DNA of 64,000 nucleotides from positions 51,077,438 through 51,141,437 of the forward strand of contig NC_068995.1 in NCBI RefSeq assembly GCF_001194135.2, in the 5' to 3' direction. Positions within the stretch are counted from its first letter, which is position 1; the number at the start of each line of letters is the position of its first letter. The DNA comes from Octopus bimaculoides (lineage: Eukaryota). Below the pieces are notes generated by a model. That model was not told the origin of the DNA and did not search any database. It was given only the letters and a program-made list of their open reading frames with translations. Below, in pieces: positions 38,678 to 51,527 of the stretch. The translations under genes and the position numbers were made by a program.

Positions 38678-39463
38678 CGATTTCGTAAGCAATCCATTGC
38701 CTAAAATATCCATTGGCTCATTTGAAACATTTTCTTCAGCAGTCTCTGAAATATCTTTTTTATCAGCTTTCGAATCATTAATATTTCCACCCACAACTTG
38801 TGTAAGCGGATCAATATTTTCACTTTTGTTCAAAATTTCGTCCTCATTTAGGGACAGTCTATCTTTAGCAGTTTCATCTGAAAGCCCTTTTGCTTGTGAA
38901 ACATTTATTTCACCTTGATCAGATGTAGCTTCCTGTAAGCACTTTTCAGCTTGATCAAATGTAACTTCTTGTGAGCACTTTTCAGCTTGATCAGATGTAG
39001 CAGTTTGCAAAGATTTTGCTTCCCTTTCAATGTCCTTACTCTGCAGTTGTTCTCTTACTTCTAATTCTGCTTCTGGTTTGTTTAATGTCAGTACTGGTTG
39101 CTCAGTCTTTGCATCTTCACTAGCTAATTTAAGAGAATTCTGTACACTGTCTGGAGCTCTGATTAACATTTCCGAAGGTTCCAGTACAGCTGTAAGTTCT
39201 TGTGCACCATTACCCATTACTATAGTAGCATTACTAGTATAATTTAAGTGAGCACTACTAGCTTCTGCTTGAAATCCTCCTGAATCATTAGATTTGTCAG
39301 AAGTGTCTCCATTCCAAATGTCTTTGTTTAATGATAAATGTTTTTCCTTCTTATCTATTTGGAAACCACTGTTCTCATGTTCATTTACATTTGCTTGCTC
39401 CAGACTGTTACTGGCACTGTTTGGCACATGAGCTTCAGGAACTTCAGTGGGTGTTGAGGGCAT
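38678..39463 (-). CDS. FKBP8: FKBP8/FKBP38 coding exon 1 (262 codons; long acidic N-terminus ending MDILGNGLLTKS)
   Basis: ATG at 39463 with an in-frame TAG just upstream and an acceptor near 39482. Donor TCG|GTAAGG at 38677. DILGNGLL is the FKBP8 motif at the start of the FKBP domain. An alternative acceptor that extends the frame upstream cannot be excluded. Confidence 0.85.
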
Positions 39464-40329
39464 GATGAACTAAAGAATATTCTAGAAAACATAAGAACAG
39501 TACAAATATCAGAAATATGCCAAAATGTATACAGAATATTAAATAACAACAAGAAGTCAGTTAATATGAAACCACCTGAGATTTACTTGTACTAAAATGA
39601 ATTTAAACAAGCAGCACTCATACAAATTTCATAGTATTTTGAAAATGATACGATTATTGGTGTTTTATAGAAAACTATGAAATACAGAATTTCTTTTGAA
39701 CTTCTATTTTTCGGAAGCATTTAAATTTCAAGTGGTGTTAAATCTACAAAGTTAGGACTCAAACTGCAGTCTAAGGAAAAAATGTCTTTGAAAACTGTAT
39801 TCTTTGTTAAACACTTATCACTTTTTCTATCTTGAGAATTATCATTTTTATCTTTACATCAAGAAGTGAATGAGCTCTAGAAACAGCGACATACAACTGT
39901 CCTTAAGTTTTTTTTTTTCCTCTAAAATAATAGTGTGTAATATGAAGGTGATTTGGTCACTATTTCTAGCAGGGCAAGCAACCACACAGAGACTCCATGG
40001 ATTAGTTCAAGTTGCAAGAGTGCACCTTCATTTTTCCTGTGTGACTGTTCCTTACTCAAATACAAAACCAGAGATCCTCATAAGTGAAAATGAGAAATTG
40101 AGATATTTGCAGTTTTCCTGAAGTATTAGAGAAATAACAAAGTTTCTTGACCTACCAGAAATATCAAACAAATTCCCTACAAACCAGACTCTTGATGATT
40201 TAAAAACAGACACTTCTGATAATATAGTCAAGAATAGTGAATAGTCATAACTGAAATCTCTTTCAGAATATTTCTGCTCAATTTGGACCAGCCTCCAGAT
40301 AAACAACAACAACAACATTTTACTTTTAT

Positions 40330-40500
40330 TTATAACCTTCCACTGTCATCAGAAACATCTTTCTTGTTGCATGGGTGATAGGTTTCTAAAATTGACTTTT
40401 TCTTCTGTTTCATTCGGAATGGTTCATCTATTAATCTTATCTTTTCTGCCAGTGTTAATTCTTTCTTTCTTTCTTTATTTTTGTTGTCATCTTTGTCACA
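40330..40500 (-). pseudogene. Possible pogo/Tigger transposase N-terminal (CENP-B-type HTH) remnant
   Basis: KERKKELTLAEKIRLIDE resembles the RKxLTLxEKxxLI start of CENP-B/Tigger HTH domains. No convincing DDE domain downstream. Confidence 0.35.
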
Positions 40501-43500
40501 ATATTCATTTTTCGCCAGGCACACTAAATTCTGAATCTTTAGGTAGTCTTTTGAACAACTAGAAAAAGCAGACAAATCTACCTCAAATGACACTCAACAA
40601 TTTAAAGAAAGGGTCCATTTGATACAATATGCCTGAAAAAGTGCCAAGATTTTCATATCTAGAAAACCTTTGTTCTGAAGAGAAGACCTGGAAGGAAGTA
40701 CAAGGGGATTAAAACTCTCAGACTTAAAAAAAAAAATACTGGTTCAAGATAGAAACTTTTTTCTTTTTAATGGCTTTGACAGAAGTTAGTCCTTTTCAGG
40801 GGTCAGTGATTAGTAGAAGAAACTTATATACAGACAGTATGCTTGTAACAGGGTGGAATCTGCTAACAGCCCCAAGGACCAGGTGTTGGTCTTAAACGAG
40901 GTGAAGGATTAAGTGTACAATACAAGAACAGGAATTCTCCCTCTGCAGGACTTCCATTCAGTTTCCATTGACTAAATTTCACTAACAATGCTTTGCTTGA
41001 CCACGGGGCCATGGTAGACGACATTTGCACAAAATGCAGTGCAGTGAAATTGAACCCAAAACTACGTAGTTGCAAAGCAAACATCTTAACTACACAGCTA
41101 TACTTGTACCTATTAATTAGGTCACCTAAATAACAAGACTTATCTTGAAGTAAGAAACCAAAAAAAAAAAAATAATAAAAAAGTCATGTGGATAATATAC
41201 TAGCGTTTAGTAATATGGCTGATATAGTCTAGTAACTAGACTATCAGCTTATGATGTTTGTTTTCTTGTTCATTTATGTTTTTTTTTATTCTCAGAACAA
41301 GAAATATAATATAACTATATGAATCAGTTTTATTTAGCTCTAAATAATAGTTATTGAATCTTTTTTGAAAATGCTACCATCAATAATAGACTGGTTTTCT
41401 ATTCACGGGTGAAGTCATTTCTCAACAAACATATTAACACAATTAAATCTCAACAAGCCAATCAGGGTGCCTCCATGTGACTACTCGACCCACTAGAGAT
41501 AGCAGCTAAATGTTCTTCTTATCACACCCTATTCATTATCATCAACATTTAACATTTGCTTTCCATGCTGGCAAGGGTTGGACAGTTTGACAAGCTCCAG
41601 TCCGCTTTGGTATAGGGGCTACAGCTGGATGCCCTTCCTAACACCAATCCCTTTACAGTGTGTGCTTGGTGTCTTTTTTATATGGCACCAACAGCAGTGA
41701 AGTGACCAAATAATTTACAAGACAAGACCCCTCAATGTCAATAAAAACGAATGTACACATTGAATACTGTTTGCAGACAATCTTCACATTGAACCAAGGA
41801 AGCTATGCTTACATGGTTTCCATTTGCTGGTATTATCCGTCAGTCACAACTCCTAAAAGTATCACATTTTATTTTATAACCCCATCTGGTAACAGCTTGC
41901 AAGATTTGATCTTATAATGTACAGCATTGGAACAGAGTCCATGAGGCATCCTGTTCAACATTCTATCAATCCCGCCAATCAACCACCATGGACTGGATAT
42001 TTACTTTATGACCCCCAAAAGATTGAAAAGGCAAAAGGTGGACTCAGATTGCACAGAGTTGGAACAAATATATGAAACATTGTTATCTAATGCCCTAACA
42101 ACTCTGTCAATATGCCACCATATGCTGGGTGCAGTGCTTCAGGACACAGAAAGCCAAATAAAATCCCTTGAGTATATGATGAGGCCCTCTTGTTCTCAAA
42201 AATGAAAATAACTTCCTCATAAACCCACTTAAATTTTGGGCAGAAAAATACCAACAAACTCTTCAAAATCTGTCTTGAAGACATTAAGTTACCTATGTTT
42301 CATGCAGAGAGCATCAAAATGCTAACTGGAATAAATTATACAGCAAAGAAAAACAATATTAGTCATTGCTTATTATTACTGTACGCGTTCAGCAAGTATG
42401 GGGAGATAATTTTAGACATGTTTCAGTTTTATTACACTTACTTTACTGCATATGCTTATGTAGTGTTGAGAGGGGCAATAAGTAAATGCACAAGAATGAA
42501 TTCTTGTTAGTGTAGAAGCATTCAAATATTCAAAAAAGAAAAAATTACTTTTAAACGTCAATAGTTAAGTGCTAACACATTTAATGCAGGAAACATTAAA
42601 ATACTTATATGTCTAGAGTTGTTTATGTTGTCTTTTAGAGTTAACCGATCAACTTGAGAGCATAATCTACATAAACAAAAAAAAAAATTTGTTTAGCCCC
42701 AGATCAACTCTGAGGAAGCTTATGATCAAAGGTTTTCCAAAGATGACCATCCCGTCACATTAATACACTGTCGAATGAATCCTTCGTTTTTTGAAAATGG
42801 TATGGCGAAATTGAGGGAGATATGGTTGTTATATATAGCATGTAAGGTAATCTTTTTTGTATTTAACTCTCGGTCAGCCCTGACTGTGAAGGTCTATGAT
42901 AAAAGGCATTCCAACCATTACCATCCCATCGATTTTGTACATCCAGGACAACGTTATCCAATATGTCTTTTGTTATTTGAATCAGAACGATGTGATTTTT
43001 GAAAGATTTGACAATAATTTTTTTTTAGAAAATCAAGAGACAGAGGGAAAGCTCTTTTGCATTCACTTGGTGGTGTAAAGAGACGAAAATCGAAATAAAA
43101 AACAAAAAGTTTACACAGCGAAAAGACGATTGGGAAATCTCCCAACTGCAGATTAAATACTGAGGTAAACAGATAAATAATATTGTAGATATCATTGATA
43201 AGAGAAACTCCAAATAGGGATATGGTGTTAACCAAATAGCTTTATTGCTGCTATCAACAGTTTCAGCGAAGGAAGCGCTAGGATACTTATTGTCACTATG
43301 ACCTTTCAATCGCAAATTTCACAGAATAATGGTATCATGTTACATAGAATCGAGCTTTCGAGGGAGCTTTCTCTGATCGCATTACTGGTAAAAAAAAATA
43401 GCAACCAAATTTCCCCCAAATCACACCCTACGATTTCTAATAAACAGGAGCATACTGGATACTATATAGCTGAGGTATATAAGAAAGGGATGATCACTGC

Positions 43501-45879
43501 TAGAATGCATTTCATCATAGATCTATTCAATTGGGTTTGATCTAAGACATTCCAGCCCTGACATCCAGACATTAATTCAGATATAGTACATCTAGGACTA
43601 CATCATCTACGTGTTCACCTTTTTTGTAAGAACAGAGGGCGTGATTAGGTGATATTTAGAAGTTATTTAAAGCAGAAGTTTATTCGTTGGTTCGCAAACA
43701 ACATGTTTAGAATGGAGTAAGCGAGCGTCTTCGGATAAATGTAACCTGCTTTCAAATAGATTTTACGTAGCGGTTTCGATTTCCGGTCACACCTACTTCT
43801 TTTCATTGTCATTTCTGGAGGAAATGTTGACCCTCAAGTAATACCATGACGTCTAAAGAGAAAACAACCCATTAATAAACACTGCTGAGGATTAGTAAAT
43901 GTTTGATATGTGGCTCCGTTTGCTTCAACTGTATGTATGAAATAAAAACTTTTATCATATTTTATCGGTCCAGTGGTATATATGGGAGGAATCAAGGCTA
44001 AAAGTGAAAGCGTATTTCTATATCCGGCGTGAAGATTCGGTTATTTCTTGGAGGTAGCTAACAGAATTATATAGCTATTTATTATACAGGAAGAAATCAA
44101 TAATGAGTGTAATGTAAAATCCTTCCCTTTACTGAATGAGTAAAGTTTTCCTTCGCTTCCCATTTAATAGAAAAATATATATATATATCGTGTCTTCACA
44201 ATACTTACTCCTTTCGTAACGGAGTATGATAGTTAATCAACATAAATCGACTTATAATAAAAGAATATAGGCGAGCCAGAATATAATTTATATTTAAATG
44301 GTGAAAAATAATTGAAAGAGAAAATAAATGGATATGGAAGAAAATGAATTGCGAATTAAATGAGGCATTGAATGAAACAATATTATAGTACATAATTTAA
44401 TAACGTTTTTGAGGAAATAAATCTAAAGATGGAAACACTAAGTGGATTAATTATGAAGAGGATTTTAATAATGTAGAAACTATTAAATGAAATGAAAATA
44501 GGTTACCTAATGGGGACTAGAACAACTCGTCGAATTCTACCAAGGTGACCGTTGTAGATAAAATATAAAAAACGACAAAGCAAACGAAAAATACAGTGAT
44601 GAACCGCACAAATGTTCACAATCTACTGTATGATAATTATGTTTTAGATATAAACAAAACCTACATAATTACAGTTTTATTCAACGACAAATTAAGTAAA
44701 ATATTAGGGTGCGAGGTCACACAACCAATGAATAAACTCACAACACAGAGATGAAAGCTAATGCAATCTGTTGAATTTATAATATACTGAAAATAGGAAG
44801 ATAGTTATCTCTAAAAAATATTTTAGTAGAATTAGATGTATTTTAACAGAAAGCAATCAGAAAGAGATAAAGGATAGGAAGTAAATGTTTATTGATTGAT
44901 AATAAAACAGTTTTTTTTTTAATACATGGAAAAAAAAAGCCAAGATGAAATCACTGAAGTAATAACATTTTCCAGCTGCAAATGGACAGATCAAAGAATA
45001 AAAACAAATGATTGATAATGTCTAGTATAGAAGAAATAAAGTTAAGCAATGTAAGTGATATCTTGTTACTTACTTCTCTCCAGCAGTGATAATTTTACCG
45101 TGTGTATATAAATATATATCTTGCGGGTCGCAGAGATCGAAGTGAGATATACATTAGTGCAAAACGGTGAAAGGGTGAAACAGTTGCCCTCGCTTAACCA
45201 AATAGAGCTTTGGATGATATAAGATTTTCAGATTACTTACTAGATTTGTATTTAATACAGAAATTTCAAAAAAAGCATTAAAATGGACCATTAAATACTA
45301 TTAATCAACGTCATTTAAGTAAGATTGTCTTGATTACGAAGTAAGTAACACTCAATTCGAAGAATAACATTCCGGAATATTCTTTCAGATTGTGAATCTA
45401 TATCATTCAGAAATGCTAGAGGATAATTCTTGATTTCTATTACACTTACCTTGTTTGTAAAGTTAAATATCTTAATTGATTAATGGATTGGTAAAGTTCA
45501 TATTTCTATGAGGAGAATATAGTTAATTTTACAAGATTAAAACTCAGTAGGAATAAAATTTCAATAAGGACATTTTGTGACAAGAGACCGGTTGTTTAGC
45601 TTCAACAACGGCGCAAACACATTGAATGAAGTAAGTCAATATTTTACTTTATCAACAATACTTGACGAAGTCCTGTATCTAAGATTATAATTAATTTTTA
45701 AATATTTACTTTGCTTGCAAAAACAGGTACCGAAAGATCGCCCAGTCTTTTACTGATATTACTGCTTTGTACTATTATAAATTGAATATTCCATCATAAT
45801 CTTACCGATTTCGGTAGGATGTTGTTCAAATACTTGTTTGTTGGTTTATAGCATTAGTCAATAATTTAAGAATTACTTT

Positions 45880-46310
45880 ATGAAGTTTTCTTCTGGATTA
45901 AATATTTCTAATATTCCAATTATCACCGCGATTGATTTTTATTTTAATAAGTTTGGTCACATGAAGAAAAGATCAAACCCTGCCAAACTGTTGGGATGCC
46001 CAGCTCGAATACCTGCCGGCCAATGTTTGAAGGAAGGACGCGGAAAGGGGAACCAGGAAGCGTTTAGTTTGAATACTTGCGAAATAGTAAATCCTGCGAA
46101 AAGTACCCAAGGCACAAATAGTGAAATTTTTAACCAGACAGCATGGTAGGCCTGCGAACGCTATCTTAATTTCGTACCACATGTAACTGTTTCGCTTTTC
46201 ACCAAAACAATTCCTCTTTTTCCACTTTCGTTTCTGCCTGTCATCTACATGTAATTAATCTCCACAATGTTTACTTCACGCTTATCTACTGTAGCCACAG
46301 AACCCGTGTA
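45880..46310. promoter_or_regulatory. Candidate promoter region between divergent FKBP8 and SNRNP35
   Basis: CpG-enriched patch with a consensus minus-strand donor AAG|GTAAGT at 45449 on one side and plus-strand donors at 47041 and 47100 on the other. A second CpG patch at about 43700-44050 is an alternative. Confidence 0.3.
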
Positions 46311-46342
46311 TGTGTATGTATGTATGTGTGTGTGTTGTGTAT

Positions 46343-46388
<46 letters not shown>

Positions 46389-48029
46389 GCATACAACTGC
46401 ACGGTGGCTTTTTCCGAGCATTCTGCATATTACATATATACTTTTACATTAAAAAAAAAAAAAAAAAAAATCAATAGGTTAAGTTATTCAGAGAATCAAT
46501 AAATCTAACTTGACCCAATAAACTTGTAATTTTAGCTACGCAAACAGCAAAGATGTTGCTTAAAGACCAGTGAATCGAAAGTACAGTTGTACGTATGTAT
46601 AGTGATGAAATGATAAAATATAAAATATTCTTTGTTCAATCAAATGACACTAACATCGTGATGTTGCCTTATACCTATCCAAGATTGTTGTTTTAAACCC
46701 AGCTCACCTACGATCTAGCAGACCTTTGGTTAAAGGTGTTTCAGCCATGACCCTCCCATCGTATTTTCAGACATAGAAATGCCTGAAAATAAGATGTAGT
46801 CCAGGTGTTTCTAGGACTACATTATTCAGTGTGTTCTTCCTTTTTTTTAAGATAGCAGGGATTTGGATAAGATCTGGCTGTTATTTCTACCAAGTCGAGT
46901 TTCTCTCTGGAGTTTCACTTGGCACTAGAATTAATAAACCAAGTACCAGTGAAGTACAAGGGTCGATTTAATTGACCTCTCAACATTTATAGCTTTGAGA
47001 CCATGTATGAAACGATTACGATTTTTCAGTTAATGTGTAGGTAAGGCAAAATATATACATGTCTTACATATTCTGGAATTTGATGCTGTGGTTCAGCATG
47101 TGAGTTTTTCTTCCTTCCTTCCTTCCTTTAAACTTGATCGTTTTTGGTTTAATGATATGAACACTGATACATACAAGCGTGCACACTCTGTGCAGTTCGA
47201 GCTAACATCATTGATCTGATGCTGTTTCTGTGTGTTCTATTTGTTTGCCACTGGACAGAATAGATATGATAAATGTGTGCTTCTGCTGAAATGAGAACAA
47301 CGCCCTTTCCCCAACACATTTATTCAGCTATCAAGATGGTCAGTAACTCATATTTCTTTCCCTTCTCTCTACTTGATTTATAGACTTCAAGCCATTCTAT
47401 ACTCCACCCCAGGAAGTCAAACCTATCTTTCATTGTACTTTATTACCTCCTCCTTCTATCGTCACCCCCCCCTCCATCTTCCTCTTAAATAACTGCTTTG
47501 CCTCAGGAAAAGAAATCTTCATCAATATTGTTATTTCTGTTATTTTAAAATTGTTAGAGCATTGGATGGGCTGCTTTACAGAGTACTTCTCAGCGTTCTG
47601 AGTTCAAATCTCGTTGAGGTCAACTTTGTTTTACATCATTTTGGAGGTTGATAAAAGAAAAGTGGAAATGATCTCAATTCAGCGCAGTGGACTGGCAGAA
47701 CAGGTTATGCCTTGTGGTATTTGTTCTGGATCTTTGGTTTCTATCAGCAGTTTCCATGACAACACTGATGCCCAGCTGTATCAGCCTTGCTTTTCTCTTT
47801 GGGGCCACAGCATCAGTGGTGTGTGAAGGGGAAATCCTTTACCCAAGCCTGTGTAAATGGATGCAAATACACGGCAAACCTGACCAGCAGAGGCCTTCGT
47901 AGTTGAAGAATCAGTGGTGTTCAGCTATGTCTTACAGTGAAATTCATGTGTTTGGATGAATTTCTATGTTGTGAGTAGCAGAGGAATCTAATGCTTTGGG
48001 GATGTTTATTCTAAGAAAAAGGGAAATTT

Positions 48030-48033
<4 letters not shown>

Positions 48034-48123
<90 letters not shown>
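48034..48123. repeat. (TC)n microsatellite
   Basis: Direct reading, about 45 units. Confidence 0.95.
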
Positions 48124-48125
<2 letters not shown>

Positions 48126-49102
48126 AAATAATTAGATAACTCTGAAACAACAAATTCCTCTTCTCTCTTCACAGTATAATTTTACCAATGCATACCTTCA
48201 CCTGGTTTCTTGGTCCCTAATTTTTAACTGTCTTATAGTATTTCATTTTGGCCTTCTACATTCTGAGTTCAAATTGTACAGGTTTCAACTTTACCATTCA
48301 TTTCTCCATGATGACATGCTGAGATTGAACCTGTCTTTGCTTTTTGTCCTTTTGGGTTTGGTAAAATATGATAGTCACAGGTTATGTTACAGTAGTCAAA
48401 ATGATGTCTTCATTTTGATTATTGCTTTCTCTACATTTTGATTATGTACGCTCCAGCCTTCTTCAGGTGTTTTGCCTGGGATTGAACTCAGAACCTCTAA
48501 ATGACTGGACTGCATTACCAACGTCTTTATCTTTGTTTATGCCCTCCATAACTTAGTGGTTCAGAAAAAGTGACTGATAGAGTAAGTGCCAGATTTTTAA
48601 AAAATGAAGTAGAAAAATTAAGTACTAAGTTGATTTGTTTGACTGAAAGCCTTCAAGGCAGTGCTCTAGCATGGCCATAGTCAAATGATTAAAACAAATA
48701 GAAAGTTGTGTGTGTGTGTGTGTGTGTGTACATATATATAATTTTCCCTGATTAATTTGTCTTAGGAGTGGTTAGATGAACTAAAAAAGATCTTTATTGA
48801 CAGCCACAATTGCAGTGGCTATCAATAAATATCTTTTGTGTTTTGTAATTGACCTCTGAATCTGGTTATATTTTATCTGCCTCACTAGTTAATGCCAAAG
48901 TCAATTCAGTTCAACAAAACAGAATTTTCTAGTTGAAAATGTAATGATTATCTTTTGAAGTATTTTTTTCTTTTCCTCTTCCTTTGATTTCTAATGCTGA
49001 TAAATACATGGTTTCAAAGTAATATATTCAGGGTACATCACTAACACCCTTTCAACACTACTTGTATCTATTTCTCTTATCCCATTCTGTTTTTAAGTAT
49101 AG

Positions 49103-49851
49103 TTTTATATCCTTGTATGTTGGATATATAATTTAACAAAGCTGTTGGGGAGAAAATATATACACGTTGCACTACTATTAATATTAAATGAGACTCAATA
49201 CTCTATATCAACAGCTCACAGTGGACTGTTTACCAACCCAAACTGCCAATCGCTCACAGTTCTTTATTTTATAACAATGAGTCAGTCCACCTTCAGTCAC
49301 TTGGAGAGCAGGGTCAGAATCCTTCCACAACAGCTCCCCTTTTTAGAATCAGTCTCTCCTGTCTTCTCCTCTTTTGAGAATTGAACTCTGCTCCAAGTTT
49401 TAATATCTCTTATGCTTAGGGATCAATTCCAGTGTTTCCTCTCTTTTCCGTTTTCTGGTGCTAAAACGCGTAGTTCCAAATTGTTTGGGTGTTGGTACCT
49501 CAAACATGTTGTACAATACTTCCATGGGAATTTCCTGTGAGAGTTTGTATCTCATCCTCGTTACCACTTTTATATCCTTGTATGTTGGATATAGAATTTA
49601 ACAAAGCATTGAGAAAGAAAGTATATACACGGCGGTGCATCAGCATGGCCGCAGCTCAAAGCTGAAACTATAAACAACAACAACATGTTGCGCTGCAAAT
49701 AATATTACACGAGACTCAATGTTCTATATCAGCAGCTTGCATTGAACTGCTTACCAACCTGAATTGCCAATAACTCACAATTCTTTACTTTATAACACTG
49801 AGTCAGTTCACCTTCAGTCACCTGGTGGGTGGTTGGAATCCTTCCACAACA
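49103..49851 (-). mobile_element. Miniature LTR retrotransposon (TRIM-like or internally deleted Gypsy-type element)
   Basis: LTRs 49568-49851 and 49103-49332, both starting TGTTGTGGAAGGATTC. PBS TGGTAACGAGGATG at 49553-49566, PPT AAAAAGGGGAGC at 49333-49344, 235-bp internal region, 5-bp TSD TATAG at 49098-49102 and 49852-49856. Confidence 0.85.
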
Positions 49852-51527
49852 TATAGTTAATGTGCTATCATTTATTGGTTTGGTGTGTAGGAAGAGGCTG
49901 TGCTCATGGTTTTTGTAGAGAGCCAATGTCCTGAGGAGGAAGGACTGGGTATAGTAGTTGAGTAAGGGGTTAGGCTGATGGAAGCACAATACAGGTGGCA
50001 AAAGGAAGAGGGTTGCATGTGTTGAGATTACTTGGGCAGAGGTGGCACAAGACCAGCCATCTCAAAAGAGCAGAGGCCACTACAGTAGTGGTAGAAAAGG
50101 CAGAGAGAGGAGACAGTCCTGTGTACACACATGTAGTGATTTCATTTCATTTTTCTTTTCTTTTTTTTAGACAAAGACATTCACACATTTCTATTTGTGT
50201 CAATTGGATTGAAAAATCTAGCAACAAAGAAAAATACAAAACCAGTTGGTAAGCTAAGAATTTAGCATCTAGTTTTCTTGAAAATTTTACTGTTTAGAGA
50301 TCCTAAAACCAAGGTGTCACACAAAAAGCATTGGTGTGGGTGCTGGTGTCATGTAAAAAGCACCCAGTACACTCTGCAAAGTGGCTGGTGTTAGGAAGGG
50401 CATGAGCTGTAGAAAGCAAGCCAAAACAGGCTATGGAATCTGGTGTGGCTCCTGGCCTTGCCAGTTCCTGTCCACCCATCTAACCCATGCCGGTATGGAA
50501 AACAAATGTTAAATGTTGATGATGGATGAGGTATGGCTGTGTTGTTAAGAAGTTTGTTTCACAACCCCATGGTTCTTAGTTTGATCAAACTGCATGGCAA
50601 ATTAACAAATGCTTTGTGGGTGAAAGTTGATAGACAGAAACTATACAGAAGCCTCCCTCGCTCTCACACATACACATGTCCTTCTGTGACTTTCCATTTG
50701 TTTTCACACTGAGGCTGCTTTGGCATCAGTAATGTTTGTTTATGTCCCACCAAAACAATATATTTTATAGCATGGCAGTTTAATGTGCAATGACTAGTTG
50801 AAAAGACATCCATACCTTCTCACTAAATAATTTTGGCACAATGCTTCAAATTTTTAGACAGTAAATTTGATATCATTAATGTTTTTTGGAAAGTGTTAAG
50901 GACGTAAATAAAGTGAAATGACTTAAAAATGGAAGTTAAACTTGGGTCTCAGAATCAGTTCACCATTAACTTGAGTGCAAAATTGGAAAAACTTTGTGTT
51001 AAAGGGACATAACTTTGGATTTAACTGATGAAATGAAAATATCGTACATTTCACAATATAAACACCAGCTCTATGCTCTGAATTGATATTAAGCCTTTTG
51101 ATAGCAACACATCTGAGACTACCTGTGGTTCCTTTATACAAATCTGTCTGTTTTAAAATATTTATTGATATGTTCAAAACCCTAATTTAAGAGTTTTCAG
51201 TGATGCACTTCATGAAAAGAAAATAACTTACCTGAAGCATTAGAATCTATTTTGAAAGTGAAATAAACGAAACTATATGTTATTTTTTCTCAAAATCTCT
51301 GTGAAATTCCACCTCTTATTCTCAGTGCATAACCCTTCTCTTTGCTAGGGTGATATTTGAAGGAGATTTAGTTGCTCTTTTTAACAGTTCGAGTGACTGC
51401 ATAGAGACCTATTGTTAGTAAAATTTGAGTCAATGGCCTTAAAAATTTAGAAAATTTTGTCATTCATTATGTTGGGTTGGTTTCACTCCTTTGCTTTTAT
51501 ACTTTCTTTTGTTTTTATTTTAGAAAA

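Noticed and set aside
49107-49116. ATATCCTT resembling a U12-type 5' splice site near the minor-spliceosome gene, also at about 49572
   Set aside because: Both are the LTR terminus of the mini-retrotransposon; no matching U12 branch site or exon identified.
51477-51527. 17-aa N-terminal extension of the SNRNP35 ORF
   Set aside because: It is the polypyrimidine tract and acceptor; homology starts at the ATG at 51528.
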